A DNA stretch of 64,000 bases from Candidatus Heimdallarchaeota archaeon (GTDB lineage: Archaea > Asgardarchaeota > Heimdallarchaeia > Heimdallarchaeales > Heimdallarchaeaceae), in assembly GCA_016839945.1 (NCBI GenBank), contig JAEOTE010000108.1:25966-89965 (forward strand), read 5' to 3'. This document shows positions 10,403-21,528 of this stretch, one piece after another; the stretch's first letter is position 1; each line of letters begins with the position of its first letter. The position numbers and the translations under genes were made by a program. Under the pieces are notes generated by a model that ran no database searches, was not told the DNA's origin, and saw only the letters and a program-made list of their open reading frames with translations.

Positions 10403-10873
10403 ATGAGTGAAAAAAATAATAAACTGATAGTAACAAAAATAAAAGAAGGAACTGTTATTGATAGAATTCCTCCAGGAAAAGCTCTAAAGATTTTGGAAGT
10501 TCTTGGTATCGATGCTAATTATCCTTATACTGTTGCTCTTGCAATGCGGGTTTCATCGGAAGTAATGTCATTAAAAGATGTTGTAAAAATCAAAGGAAAA
10601 GCTCTGAATCAATCGGAAACACAAAAATTATCTTTCATAGCTCCAACTGCAACAGTGAATATTATTGAAAACTATAATGTAAAAGAAAAGATTCATCTAA
10701 AAATTCCAGAACATGTTGAAGATTTCATCAGCTGTCTTAATCCAAATTGCATTTCTAATACACATGAACCTATAGTTTCTTCTTTTGATGTAATTTCAAA
10801 AGAACCACTTATTCTTCGGTGCGTATATTGTGACCGTTTAATAGAACAGAAGTATCTTGATAGAACATTCTAA
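10403..10873 (+). CDS. pyrI: Aspartate carbamoyltransferase regulatory subunit
   Basis: IKEGTVIDRIP, CLNPNCISN, LRCVYCD Zn ligands. Confidence 0.96.
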   Translation: MSEKNNKLIVTKIKEGTVIDRIPPGKALKILEVLGIDANYPYTVALAMRVSSEVMSLKDVVKIKGKALNQSETQKLSFIAPTATVNIIENYNVKEKIHLKIPEHVEDFISCLNPNCISNTHEPIVSSFDVISKEPLILRCVYCDRLIEQKYLDRTF

Positions 10874-10887
10874 CTCAAATTTGAATA

Positions 10888-12141
10888 TTACAGATATAAT
10901 CCAATATCCTTCCTGTAATGCAAATTACCTTCAATCTTCGAGATATTTTTATTTATTTTTTCTCTTGCTTCTTCTAAATTACGTCCTGTTCCAACTAATG
11001 CTATAGATCTGCTTTTTGTGGTCCTCAAAGAAGTTTTAGTTCTATAAACTGATGCATAGTATAGGTCTATGTCTATAGAATCTTTGATGTTAATTTCTTG
11101 AGCATCTCTAGGAGATGTTGGATATCCATTAGGAACTAGATATGTGCATACTGTAGATAAAGGTCTGAAACTTGCTTTCTTTAAATCACCATCAATTATT
11201 TGGTGAGAGAGCTCGTTAAAATCTGTCTCCAAAAGCTGTAGAACATTTAAAGCTTCAGGATCACCAAATCTAACGTTAAACTCTATCAAATAGATATCAT
11301 CAGTTGTTTTCATAAATTGACCATATAAGACTCCTTTATATCTAAGATCTGTTTGTTTCTCTAATGCTTCTATAGTTTTTTCCATGATGTTGATGGCTTT
11401 ATCGATGTCCGATTTTTCAAGAAAAGGTAGTGTGTGTTCAGCTAAACTATATGATCCCATAGATCCCGTATTTGGCCCTTCTTCATTTTCAAAAGCTCGT
11501 TTGTAGTCTCTTACTAAAGGCATAGGTACTATTTTTTTTCCATCTGTGAAAACTTGAAGAGAGAATTCTTTACCTTCCTTTTTCTCTTCTATTAAGAATT
11601 CATCACTTGTCGAAAGCAAGGTTCGTGCATAATCTTTAGCTTCTCTGAATGTTGAGAAATGATCACCATATACTCTTACTCCCTTACCTCCTGTCAAGCC
11701 ATCTGGTTTGATAACAATTTTCAAACCAAATTCTTTAACGGCGTCTTCCAAATCTCTCAAGGATCTGCAAATGAAATAAGGAACATTTCCTGGAATATCA
11801 TATGCATCAAGTAAACACCTGGCAAAAATTTTACTAGATTCTATTCTTGCTACTTCTTGTTTTGGACTGCATGTAGGTATATCTAGCTTTTCTTCTAAAA
11901 AATTTGTAATTCCAAAAGCAATAGGACTTTCTGGTCCAATTATCGCATAATCTACTTTGCGAAATTGATTTAACTTTGAGAAATCTGACATTTCCCCTAA
12001 GATTGTTTTTCTTGACAGATCTGCAATTCCAGGGTTTTCTGTAGACATATAGGAATAAAGTTTAGCATCGCTTTCTACAATTTTTTTTGCTATAGCATGT
12101 TCTCTTGCACCATTTCCAACTAATAATACTTTTTTTGTCAT
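10888..12141 (-). CDS. purD: Phosphoribosylamine-glycine ligase
   Basis: GNGAREHA, GPESP, ESSK, GGKGV, GPNTGSMG, EFNVRFGDPE, YRKDIG. Confidence 0.98.
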   Translation of the reverse strand: MTKKVLLVGNGAREHAIAKKIVESDAKLYSYMSTENPGIADLSRKTILGEMSDFSKLNQFRKVDYAIIGPESPIAFGITNFLEEKLDIPTCSPKQEVARIESSKIFARCLLDAYDIPGNVPYFICRSLRDLEDAVKEFGLKIVIKPDGLTGGKGVRVYGDHFSTFREAKDYARTLLSTSDEFLIEEKKEGKEFSLQVFTDGKKIVPMPLVRDYKRAFENEEGPNTGSMGSYSLAEHTLPFLEKSDIDKAINIMEKTIEALEKQTDLRYKGVLYGQFMKTTDDIYLIEFNVRFGDPEALNVLQLLETDFNELSHQIIDGDLKKASFRPLSTVCTYLVPNGYPTSPRDAQEINIKDSIDIDLYYASVYRTKTSLRTTKSRSIALVGTGRNLEEAREKINKNISKIEGNLHYRKDIGLYL

Positions 12142-13538
12142 TATTTAACCTCCTCATAATGACTCCTTCCCTTTAACTCACCGTTAAGATATTTTATACG
12201 AATTTCTTGAGCAAAATCTGTAGGATAGCTACCAGATAGGCAGGCTAAACATAAATCAGAAGTGCCAATTGATTTTTTTAATGAATCTATGCTTTGGTAA
12301 TATAGCGCATCAACATTCAGAATATTCTTTATTTCTTCGAGAGTATTCCCAGATGCTATAAGCTCATCATCAGAAGGAAAATCTATTCCATAATAACAAG
12401 CAAAACGTATAGCTGGACATGTTAATGCGAAGTGAATTTTATTCGCTCCTAATTCTCTCAAATCCTTAACTATTTTCTGACTAGTTAGACCTCTAACAAT
12501 TGAATCATCAACAACCAAAATGTTCTTTCCATTAATGTATTCTGGAGAGTAAAGATATTTTCTTTTAGCAACATCAAACCTTTCTTTTTTACTTTTCATG
12601 ATAAATGTTCTTTATAAATATCTGTTCTTTATGATAGCTTCCCTAATTGGAATACCTAGAACCTCTGATAATCCTTGACTTGCTGGTCTAGAAGTGTCAG
12701 GAACAGGTACTATAAAGTCTATCTCTATTTCTTCTTGCTTAATTCGATAACCTAATTCCTTTCCTAGTTGTAATCGAATATCATACACTAGTTTCTTATC
12801 TAAAACAGAACAAGGATTTGCAAAATATACATATTCAAACATGCAATAAGCATGATCTTTGGTTGATAATTGAGTTCTTTCAATGCTACTTCTTACAATA
12901 AGTAGCTCCCCTGGTTTTACGTTGATAAATTTATTAATTTTCATATTTTGAAGAACAACACTTTCTGAAGATAAGATAGTTAATGTTTTATTTTGACCTA
13001 GAACTAATGGTCGAATACCTCTTGGATCTCGGAAAGCAAAAACAAAATCTTTGTATATTCCTACAATTGAATAACTGCCATCTATTTTTTCCATAAAAAC
13101 TCTAATTGCTTGCTCTAGATCTCCTTCTTTTTCATTTAGTATTTCTCCAAGAAATTCAACAATAAAACTGGTATCACTTTCATAGTTTTTATCAGAAAGT
13201 ACTGGAATATTAGTGATATTTCCGTTATGTACAAGAGTTAATTTTCCATACTTCGTTTTATACAAAAATGGCTGTGCATATTGTTCTGTATTTAATGAGT
13301 TAATTCTATTTCCAAATGTTGGATACCTAGTAGAGCCTATCAACATGCCAACTTCTTTTTCATCATCAACATCTAGCAAATCAGGATAACTATCTTTTTT
13401 TGAAATCAATATCTCATTATTCTTTTCCTCCAACCAAGCAATACCACTTGCATCTTGCCCTCTATGTGTAAGCATTTGAAGTAAGATTTTTCCTTGCCCA
13501 AGGGTTGTTGGACCAATAATACCTAGAACGCCACACAT
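12141..13538 (-). pseudogene. purF: Amidophosphoribosyltransferase interrupted by one in-frame TAA (12612-12614)
   Basis: MCGV Ntn start, HRGQD, HNGN, CMFEYVYFA, then KNRYL-TAA-RTFIM in the same frame, continuing to VVDDSIVRG, CYYGID, CLAC; the two track ORFs are one gene. Confidence 0.9.
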
Positions 13539-13539
13539 C

Positions 13540-14142
13540 TTATGCAATCCTCACTTTGTTTTTGATGAGATTTACTCTATTTTCGGATATTAACTTGATA
13601 GCTAGAGGTAAAATTTCGTGCTCCTTTTCTAAAATTCTATTAGATAATGAAAATTCTGTATCATCATCTTTAACATCAACAGTTTTCTGAATAATAATTG
13701 GTCCTTTATCAACCATTTCATTCACGAAATGAACAGTACAACCTGTAATCTTGACACCACAATCTAAAGCTTGTTTTTGAGCATTTAATCCAGGAAATGC
13801 TGGTAACAAGGATGGATGAATGTTGATAATTTTGTTTTTAAATTGTTTAATAAAAGAAGGAGATAAAATTCTCATAAATCCTGCAAGAACAACTAATTCA
13901 ATATCATTAGATTTTATGATTTGAGCAAGCTCCTTATCATATGCTTCTTTTGATTTGAAATTATTTGATTCCAACCAAGCAGTTTTTTTACCAAACTCTT
14001 TTGCATATTTTAATCCTTCAGCTTTAGAATTATTTGAAATAATTAGTTTAACTTGAGCTTTAGCTATTTTTTTATTTCTTTCAGCTTCTAAAATTGCTTT
14101 GAGGTTAGATCCTCTTCCGGAAATTAGAATAGCTACGTTCAT
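13540..14142 (-). CDS. purN: Folate-dependent GAR transformylase
   Basis: ISGRGSNL, LAGFMRIL, NIHPSLLPAFPG, GCTVHFV; GGTGA RBS before ATG 14142. Confidence 0.97.
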   Translation of the reverse strand: MNVAILISGRGSNLKAILEAERNKKIAKAQVKLIISNNSKAEGLKYAKEFGKKTAWLESNNFKSKEAYDKELAQIIKSNDIELVVLAGFMRILSPSFIKQFKNKIINIHPSLLPAFPGLNAQKQALDCGVKITGCTVHFVNEMVDKGPIIIQKTVDVKDDDTEFSLSNRILEKEHEILPLAIKLISENRVNLIKNKVRIA

Positions 14143-14146
14143 GATA

Positions 14147-15181
14147 TCACCTTTTGAAAAGTACGTCATATTGAGGAATGGTGATTATTGGATCTTCGAT
14201 TATTTTTCCTAGAATAAATGTTTCAAAATGCTGATTTAAGATAGATAAAGATTTTTCAGCTTCCTCTTTTGGAACAACAACAACAAAACCAACACCCATG
14301 TTAAAAACTGAAAACATTTCCTGATAGGAGATATTTCCTAAACTCCTTATTTCCTTAAAGATATCTTGTGGAGTAGGGAATTTTGTAATCTCAAAACCTA
14401 GTTTTGTCAATCTGAAGAGTTTGTTAAATCCCCCACCAGTAATATGAGCTAATCCATTAACTTTACATTCATTTAGTAGTTCTTCTATTGCATTAACATA
14501 AATTCTTGTAGGAATCAGAAGCTCCTCTGAAACAGATTTATTCCAAGGGAATTCTTCGGTTAAATCATATTTTGCAGATAAAACTTTTCTAGCAACTGTA
14601 AAACCATTTGAATGTATACCACTACTAGATATTCCTAAAATTATATCTCCTGCTTTAATATCAGAACCATCAACCAAATCATCTAATTCAACGATTCCAA
14701 TCGCACTTCCAGCTAAATCAAAAGAATGTGACTTTTTTGCTAGCAACTCAGGAATCGTTGCAAGTTCTCCTCCTAATATAGGAATTGATGCCTTTTCACA
14801 TCCAACATGGATTCCTTTCATAATTTCTTCTATGATTCCTTCATCCAACTCTGATACAGCTAAGTAATCAACAAAACCTTTTGGAGATATTCCCATCGAT
14901 AACAAATCATTAACATTCATTGCTACACAATCAATTCCCACAGTATCATATTTTTGTGCTTCTTGAGCAACTAGAAGTTTTGTTCCAACTCCATCTGTCA
15001 CAAGAGCTATACCAAAATCTCCAAACTTGATCAGATTTGCATAATGACCTTCTTTTGATACAATATCTCCAAATTTAAATGAATTTTTAACATATTTATT
15101 GATTTTTTTGAGAACTTGAGCTTCAATTGATAAGTCAACTCCTGCTTCTGCATAAGTTGATGGTACAGATGCTTCATTCAT
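14147..15181 (-). CDS. purM: AIR synthetase
   Basis: [43 protein letters not shown]. Confidence 0.97.
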   Translation of the reverse strand: MNEASVPSTYAEAGVDLSIEAQVLKKINKYVKNSFKFGDIVSKEGHYANLIKFGDFGIALVTDGVGTKLLVAQEAQKYDTVGIDCVAMNVNDLLSMGISPKGFVDYLAVSELDEGIIEEIMKGIHVGCEKASIPILGGELATIPELLAKKSHSFDLAGSAIGIVELDDLVDGSDIKAGDIILGISSSGIHSNGFTVARKVLSAKYDLTEEFPWNKSVSEELLIPTRIYVNAIEELLNECKVNGLAHITGGGFNKLFRLTKLGFEITKFPTPQDIFKEIRSLGNISYQEMFSVFNMGVGFVVVVPKEEAEKSLSILNQHFETFILGKIIEDPIITIPQYDVLFKR

Positions 15182-15560
15182 TGCAAACACCTAAAATCCT
15201 AATTGCCAAATATGCTGCATTATGACCATTATCTATTCCAACAGTAGCTACAGGAACTCCTTTTGGCATTTGAGCAATAGATAGCAATGCATCTAAACCA
15301 TTTAAAGCAGCAGAAACAGGAACTCCAATAACAGGTTTTTCTGTGAGAGATGCAACTACTCCTGGTAAAGCTGCTGCTAAACCAGCTATACAAATAAACA
15401 CTCTTGCTTCAGAATTCTTTACTTTTTCAACTAATTTTTCATGATCTCTGTGTGCAGATATGTAATTAACTTTGAAAGATACATTGTTCTCATCAAGAAT
15501 TTTGGTTGTTTTCTTCACTATTTTTTCATCACTCTTGCTACCAGCAATAATCTCTATCAT
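15174..15560 (-). CDS. purE: AIR carboxylase PurE (short, class II-like)
   Basis: [35 protein letters not shown]. Confidence 0.95.
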   Translation of the reverse strand: MIEIIAGSKSDEKIVKKTTKILDENNVSFKVNYISAHRDHEKLVEKVKNSEARVFICIAGLAAALPGVVASLTEKPVIGVPVSAALNGLDALLSIAQMPKGVPVATVGIDNGHNAAYLAIRILGVCNE

Positions 15561-15561
15561 T

Positions 15562-17736
15562 TTAATCCTCCATATGTTTTGGAATTGCTTTTTTCCATTC
15601 TTCTCTTAATTCTTCAATATTAAACGAAATATTATCATCAATTACAATTGTTTGCTCTGAGGTTGTTTCTCCTACTAATACAAATGAAGTGATATTATTT
15701 TGAATTACATTACTTTTTTCAAATTTAGAAGAGTTAATCTCAACTATGTATCTTGCAGGACTCTCTGAGAAAAGAAATTCTTCTTTTTTTATTCTATAAC
15801 TTTTGAAAATCCCTTCTATATCCAGTTTTGCCCCTATGTTATTTTCAAAAGCCATTTCAGCCAAAGTAACAATGAAACCACCATTTGAAATATCATGACA
15901 ACTCTCTATGATACCTTCTTGGTTAAGTTCTTCAATTAACTTCCTTGATTCTTCTTCTCTTTTTCTATCATACGGAGTGATTTTTCCTTGAAGAATTCCA
16001 TGGTTATATCGTAGAAATTCAGAACCATTTAGATTGTCATCAAAAGGACCAATACATGCAATTAGATTTTCCTTCTTCTGAAAAGAATTCTTGATTATTT
16101 TCTTAGGATCTTCAATAATTCCTAACATTCCAATTGTCGGTGTCGGGTTGATTCTATCTCTTTGGTCTCTTATGCTTGTTTCATTATAAAAAGACACATT
16201 ACCACCAACAATAGGTATCTGAAAATCATGAGAAAAGATTCCTAATCCTTTCACTGATTCTACAAATTGCCAGTATGAATCAGGTTGTTCAGGATTGCCA
16301 AAATTGAGACAATCAACAATAGCTATAGGTTTTGCTCCAACTGAGACTAGATTTCTCATAGCTTCAGCGGCACTATTAGCTGTTCCATTATATGGATCTA
16401 AATATACACTGAAAGAATTACAATCTAAAGATGCAGCGATATATTTCTCGTTATCTAGGCGTAAAACAGCTGAGTCATTTCCAGCAGAATAAACAGTTTG
16501 AGTCTGAACATGTTGATCATACTGTTGATAAACCCAAGATTTATCTCCGATGTTTGGGGATGAGAAGAGTTTCAGAATTTCTCCTCTTAGGTCATTGATT
16601 TCAGGTATCTCTCTAAATTCCTTATTAATATAATCAGGAGGTTTCATACTTCTTTCAGGTTCTGGGAAACCTTCAACTATCAAGTCAACTGGTAAATCTA
16701 ACACTTTGTTCCCTTTGTAATAAGCAATGCAGTGAGAGTTTCCAGTTACCTCTCCAATCACAGCATAGACAAGATCTCTTTGTTTCAGTAACTCTTCTAC
16801 TATTGAGAGGTTCTTTGCATTAACCACTCCTAACATCCTTTCTTGAGATTCAGATACAAATATTTCCCATGGTTCCATATCTTCTTCTCTTAATGGAACA
16901 TCCTCAAGCCTGATTATTGCCCCAGTGTTTCCTTTTTGTGTCATTTCTGATACTGCACAACTTAATCCTCCACCCCCTAAATCCTGCAATCCACACAGCA
17001 ATTCTTTTTCTACTAACTCTAAAGTAACATCTATCAGAATCTTCTCTTTTAATGGGTCCCCTATTTGCACTGCAGGTCTATCTTTATCACTTCTATCACT
17101 TAGATCTTTTGAAGCAAAAGAAACACCATGAATCCCATCTCTCCCTGTTCTAGCACCATACAAAACTAGAAAATCACCGGGTTTAGAAGCTATACTACGA
17201 ACTACTTTATTCTTTTGAACTACACCAACACACATTGCATTGACTAAGCAGTTATTTTCGAAAGAGCTTGCGAACTCTACTTCTCCTCCAACTGTAGGGA
17301 TACCACAGCAGTTTCCATAGAAGGATATTCCCCTTACAACATTTTCAAACAAATGTTGGGAATGTGGTGATTCTAACTCACCGAAACGAATTGAATCTAA
17401 TATTGCGATAGGTTTACACCCTTGAGATAAAATATCTCTTATAATTCCACCAACTCCTGTTGCTGCACCATCATAGGGTGAAATTGCAGATGGATGATTG
17501 TGGCTTTCTAATCCTAAGCCTACTAACAAATCATCACCTAGATTAATCAAACCAGCTCCTTCACCCATCCCTAATTCTATGTATGGTGCAGTATCATTAA
17601 ACAAATGAAACCATCTTTTTGAAGATTTATACGAACAGTGTTCCGACCACATTGCTTCAAAAACTGCTAATTCTGCCTTATTGGGTTCTCTTCCTAATTC
17701 ATCCATAACTTTTCCATATTCTTCTGTAGTTAGCAT
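15562..17736 (-). CDS. purL: FGAM synthase subunit PurL (small type)
   Basis: [46 protein letters not shown]. Confidence 0.98.
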   Translation of the reverse strand: MLTTEEYGKVMDELGREPNKAELAVFEAMWSEHCSYKSSKRWFHLFNDTAPYIELGMGEGAGLINLGDDLLVGLGLESHNHPSAISPYDGAATGVGGIIRDILSQGCKPIAILDSIRFGELESPHSQHLFENVVRGISFYGNCCGIPTVGGEVEFASSFENNCLVNAMCVGVVQKNKVVRSIASKPGDFLVLYGARTGRDGIHGVSFASKDLSDRSDKDRPAVQIGDPLKEKILIDVTLELVEKELLCGLQDLGGGGLSCAVSEMTQKGNTGAIIRLEDVPLREEDMEPWEIFVSESQERMLGVVNAKNLSIVEELLKQRDLVYAVIGEVTGNSHCIAYYKGNKVLDLPVDLIVEGFPEPERSMKPPDYINKEFREIPEINDLRGEILKLFSSPNIGDKSWVYQQYDQHVQTQTVYSAGNDSAVLRLDNEKYIAASLDCNSFSVYLDPYNGTANSAAEAMRNLVSVGAKPIAIVDCLNFGNPEQPDSYWQFVESVKGLGIFSHDFQIPIVGGNVSFYNETSIRDQRDRINPTPTIGMLGIIEDPKKIIKNSFQKKENLIACIGPFDDNLNGSEFLRYNHGILQGKITPYDRKREEESRKLIEELNQEGIIESCHDISNGGFIVTLAEMAFENNIGAKLDIEGIFKSYRIKKEEFLFSESPARYIVEINSSKFEKSNVIQNNITSFVLVGETTSEQTIVIDDNISFNIEELREEWKKAIPKHMED

Positions 17737-18419
17737 TTAATTTCCTCCAATAGGTTTTCAAAAATTTGAATACCATCTTTTGAACCAAGATATTCAAAGC
17801 TAGCTCTTTCTGGATGAGGCATTAATCCTAAAACATTACCTCTAGAGTTTGTTATTCCTGCAATATTGTTAACTGAACCATTTGGATTGCTTTCCAGTGT
17901 GATATCTCCATTCTCATCACAATACTGAAATGCAACCTGATTCTTTGATTTCAACAACTCAATTTCTTTTTCCTTATCGTAATATCTGCCATCGAAATGA
18001 GCTATGGGTAATCGGAGAACTTTACCATTTGTGTTTCTTAAAAGAGGACTATTGCTATTTTCTGATTTTAGATAAATCCATTTCGAGATAAACTTAGTTG
18101 AAGTGTTTGTTGTAAGTACTCCTGGCAATATCTTTGTTTCACATAATATTTGGAAACCATTACATACTCCAATTACAAAACGTCCAGAATCAACAAAATG
18201 TTGAAGTTCTTCCATCATGGGTGATTGAGCAGCAAGAGCCCCTGGTCTCAGATAATCTCCGTATGAGAACCCACCAGCTATGATTAAAGCATCAAAATCA
18301 TCTAAAGGTTTATTTTCATATTGTTTTACAAGAATACCTTTGACATTCAATTCCGAAAGTGCACGCAAAACATCCTGTTCATTATTAGTTCCAGGATATT
18401 TTGTTACACCTATTTTCAT
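17730..18419 (-). CDS. purQ: FGAM synthase glutaminase subunit
   Basis: GGFSYGDYLRPG, GVCNGFQIL, NPNGS, GLMPHPER. Confidence 0.98.
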   Translation of the reverse strand: MKIGVTKYPGTNNEQDVLRALSELNVKGILVKQYENKPLDDFDALIIAGGFSYGDYLRPGALAAQSPMMEELQHFVDSGRFVIGVCNGFQILCETKILPGVLTTNTSTKFISKWIYLKSENSNSPLLRNTNGKVLRLPIAHFDGRYYDKEKEIELLKSKNQVAFQYCDENGDITLESNPNGSVNNIAGITNSRGNVLGLMPHPERASFEYLGSKDGIQIFENLLEEIKC

Positions 18420-18421
18420 TT

Positions 18422-19405
18422 TCACACCTGGAGTTTATCACTTCCAAAATAAATTTCGTAAGAATGATTTTCGATTAGTGGATTAGAGAGAATATCTCTA
18501 CTAATTTTCTCAATTTTTTCTTGTAATGCAAAAGATGGAGTTTCTGAGAACAATAAAAATGAGCTTTTACCCACCCTTACATCTTCAATATTTTTGAATT
18601 CTTTTCGTTTTAATGATCTTAATGTTACTTCTCCAGCGGGATCTAAAACAGATTCTTTCAATTTTATAATTACTCTAACAGACGATTTCAAATGTAGAGG
18701 AGGAAGAGATTTTATTTGTTCTAATCTTTCTTGAATGTCTTTATAATGAATAATCACATCTCCAAGATTTTGACGATATCTATCTTTATCCTTTATTTCA
18801 CCTGATTCTTTTTCCCATAACCTCATTGTATCAGCTGAAATTTCATCAGCAATTACTATTCTTCCATTAGATGTTTTTCCAAATTCTAGTTTAAAATCAA
18901 CTAATATTAATGATATAGACTCAAATATTTTTCTTAGAGTTTCGTTAACTGCACGTGTAATTGCTTCAAGTAAAATTGCTTCTTTCTTTTCAATCATTCC
19001 TAAAACAATTGCTACGTCTGATGTTATTAATGGATCATGAAGCTCATCATCTTTTACAAAAAACTCTATTAACGGTACATCAAATTCTATTCCTTTATTT
19101 AATCCATATCTTTTACATAGACTCCCAGCGGAATAGTTTCTACAAACAACTTCGACCGGTAGTATTTCTACTCTTTTGCACATGAGTTCAGTATCAGTTA
19201 ATTTCTTGATAAAGTGAGTTTCAAAACCATAATCATTTAGAATTTCGAAGAGCTTTGTTGATATCAAGCAATTAATTTTTCCTTTATCAGTTATTTCCTC
19301 TTTTTTAATTCCATCAAATGCAGATATTGAATCCCTGAAGACAATTTTCACACTATCTTCATCTACTTCAATAACATCTTTTGCCTTGCCAGAGTATACA
19401 ACCAT
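18422..19405 (-). CDS. purC: SAICAR synthase fused to a C-terminal PurS domain
   Basis: PurC: YSGKAK, EVVCRN, LVDFKLEFG, ADEISADTMRLW, DKD; last ~85 aa PurS: VLDPAG, EDVRVGK, LSNPLIE. Confidence 0.92.
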   Translation of the reverse strand: MVVYSGKAKDVIEVDEDSVKIVFRDSISAFDGIKKEEITDKGKINCLISTKLFEILNDYGFETHFIKKLTDTELMCKRVEILPVEVVCRNYSAGSLCKRYGLNKGIEFDVPLIEFFVKDDELHDPLITSDVAIVLGMIEKKEAILLEAITRAVNETLRKIFESISLILVDFKLEFGKTSNGRIVIADEISADTMRLWEKESGEIKDKDRYRQNLGDVIIHYKDIQERLEQIKSLPPLHLKSSVRVIIKLKESVLDPAGEVTLRSLKRKEFKNIEDVRVGKSSFLLFSETPSFALQEKIEKISRDILSNPLIENHSYEIYFGSDKLQV

Positions 19406-19618
19406 TCAAACACCAATTTACATTGTTTTGCAAACTGTTGATATATGTTTTCTGCGAGCATTTCATAAATCACTTAATAAACTTTACTAATCTATAAAAA
19501 CCTAAAATGATTTAGGGAGACTACAATAATTGACAGCTTTGTGCATTTGACTATTCCATTTTTGTTTTCAAATTGCATAATATTGCAAAATTTTATATAA
19601 GCTATATTAATTTTACAA
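19406..19618. promoter_or_regulatory. Divergent pur promoter region with candidate operators
   Basis: TATA TTTTATATAA 19591-19600 preceded by palindrome TTGCA-N6-TGCAA 19573-19588; CCTAAA-N4-TTTAGG 19501-19516; TTTTGCAAAC just upstream of purC. Confidence 0.5.
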
Positions 19619-20401
19619 GTGATGAGTTCAGCAGAAAGCTATATTGATGCTCAAGAAAAATTAATGACTCTGAATTTGTTAAAAATGGCATTTAAGAAAT
19701 TTGAAACACTGGAAACTTTTCGCAGTTACCTTTCCGGCAAAGGAGTCGAAATATCTGTAGCAAATTTATCTAGGTACATAAATGGAAAAGCTCTTCCAAA
19801 ATCTAAACTTAAAAATGAGCTATTAAAAATACTTGTTGAAAATAAAGATTTAGGGTTAACAATTAGTCAGCTAATAAAAGAACACATAGATATTTGGACT
19901 AATGAAGATGGAAGAATTGCTGTAACTAATACATATTTACTTAATGATTCTAAAACATTGAAAGCAATTCTCTTCTTGGCAATATATCGTAATATCATAC
20001 CTAGAGAAGTTGACAAAGTCATCACTGCAGAAGTTGATGGAATTCCAATAGCAATGACATTAGCTCATTTATTAAACATTGATTGTGTTTATGCACGTAG
20101 GAAGAAACCTCTTGGATCTACTAGCATAATAGGAGAAGATATCCAATCTACAAGTTCTGGAAGATTAGAAACTATTTATTTTCCAGACAATTTTATCCGT
20201 CAAAGAGAGAGAGTCTTAATTGTTGACGATATTATAAGATCTGGTTCAACACAAAAAGCTTTAGTAAACTTGGTTCGTAAAACAGGGGGTATTCCTGCAA
20301 AAATAATCATCTTAACAGGAATTGGTGCCCATTGGAAGAATATTACAGAACTAGATACAATTCCTTTCAAAGTTTTAAAAACACTATCTGATGAAAACTG
20401 A
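19619..20401 (+). CDS. HTH plus phosphoribosyltransferase protein (PurR-like regulator)
   Basis: N-terminal ISVANLSRYINGKALP HTH; ITAEVDGIP, ARRKK, VLIVDDIIRSGST PRPP motif; divergent from the pur operon. Confidence 0.8.
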   Translation: MMSSAESYIDAQEKLMTLNLLKMAFKKFETLETFRSYLSGKGVEISVANLSRYINGKALPKSKLKNELLKILVENKDLGLTISQLIKEHIDIWTNEDGRIAVTNTYLLNDSKTLKAILFLAIYRNIIPREVDKVITAEVDGIPIAMTLAHLLNIDCVYARRKKPLGSTSIIGEDIQSTSSGRLETIYFPDNFIRQRERVLIVDDIIRSGSTQKALVNLVRKTGGIPAKIIILTGIGAHWKNITELDTIPFKVLKTLSDEN

Positions 20402-20410
20402 CAAGAATTA

Positions 20411-21505
20411 TTGGTGAATTTAATGATACAAAATACAATCCAACAATACAATCTTGAGGATATAACAATAGGAGTGTTAGCTTCTCATTCAGCTTTGGAT
20501 GTTCTAGATGGAGCAAAGAGAGTAGGTTTCAAAACACTAGCTATTTGTGAAAAAGGTAGAGAAGAACCTTACACACGATTTCAGAGAATCATTGATGAGA
20601 TGATTGTATTAGAGAAATTTTCTGATATATTTGGTATTCAAGACGATATGAAAAAGAAAAATTGCATTTTTGTTCCCAATCGTTCTTTTGTTGTATATTG
20701 CGGTTTTGATCGAATAGAAAATGAATTCGAAATACCAATGTTTGGGAGTAGATCATTGCTTAAAGTTGAAGAAAGAACAGGAGAAAATAATTATTACAAA
20801 ATATTAGATGAAGCGAAGATAAGATATCCTAGAGTATATAATTCTTCTAAAGAAATAGACGGTCCAGTAATGTGCAAAATCCCACATGCTAAACAGAGAG
20901 TAGAAAGAGGTTTCTTTATTGCAAAAAACCAAGACGAGTTTGATAGAGAATTAAGAAAGAGAATAGAGAGTGGAACAATTTTAGAAGAAGATCTTAAGGA
21001 AGCTTCTATTGAAGAATATATCACAGGTGTCCCATTTAATTTTAATCTATTCTTTTCTCCAGTTTATGAAAGAAATGAGCTTCTTGGAATTGACAGAAGG
21101 TTTGTTACAGATTTAGATGGAATTGTTAGAATACCTGCAAATCAACAACTAAAATTAGATTTGGAAGAAGAGATGAAGGAAATTGGTAATTATGCCGTTA
21201 CTCTTCGTGAATCTATGCTTAAGCATGTCTTTCCGATGGGAGATAATTTTGTTCAAGCAACAAAATCACTTTATCCTCCTGGTATTATTGGACCTTTTGC
21301 ATTGCAAACTATGATTACTAAAAACTATGAGTTTATTGTATTTGATGTTTCTATGCGGATGGGAGGAGGAACCAACAGTTTCATGGGTATCGGTAGTCAA
21401 TATTCAGCTGTTTATTGGGGAGAGCCAGTTTCAGCAGGAAAGAGAGTTAGTATGGAAATTCAAGAAGCAATTAAAGAAAGAAAATTGCATCAAATAGTTA
21501 CATAA
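20411..21505 (+). CDS. purP: PurP-like ATP-grasp protein (DUF1246/DUF1297), paralog 1
   Basis: ASHSALDV.DGAK, PNRSF, ERGFF, RES, PGIIGPF, RMGGGTN. Confidence 0.88.
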   Translation: MVNLMIQNTIQQYNLEDITIGVLASHSALDVLDGAKRVGFKTLAICEKGREEPYTRFQRIIDEMIVLEKFSDIFGIQDDMKKKNCIFVPNRSFVVYCGFDRIENEFEIPMFGSRSLLKVEERTGENNYYKILDEAKIRYPRVYNSSKEIDGPVMCKIPHAKQRVERGFFIAKNQDEFDRELRKRIESGTILEEDLKEASIEEYITGVPFNFNLFFSPVYERNELLGIDRRFVTDLDGIVRIPANQQLKLDLEEEMKEIGNYAVTLRESMLKHVFPMGDNFVQATKSLYPPGIIGPFALQTMITKNYEFIVFDVSMRMGGGTNSFMGIGSQYSAVYWGEPVSAGKRVSMEIQEAIKERKLHQIVT

Positions 21506-21528
21506 TTTGAAATGTGAAGTGAGATAAA

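Noticed and set aside
12612-12614. Genome-wide stop-codon reassignment or Sec/Pyl recoding as the explanation for the purF stop
   Set aside because: The codon is TAA, which ends many intact genes here; no other in-frame stops were seen
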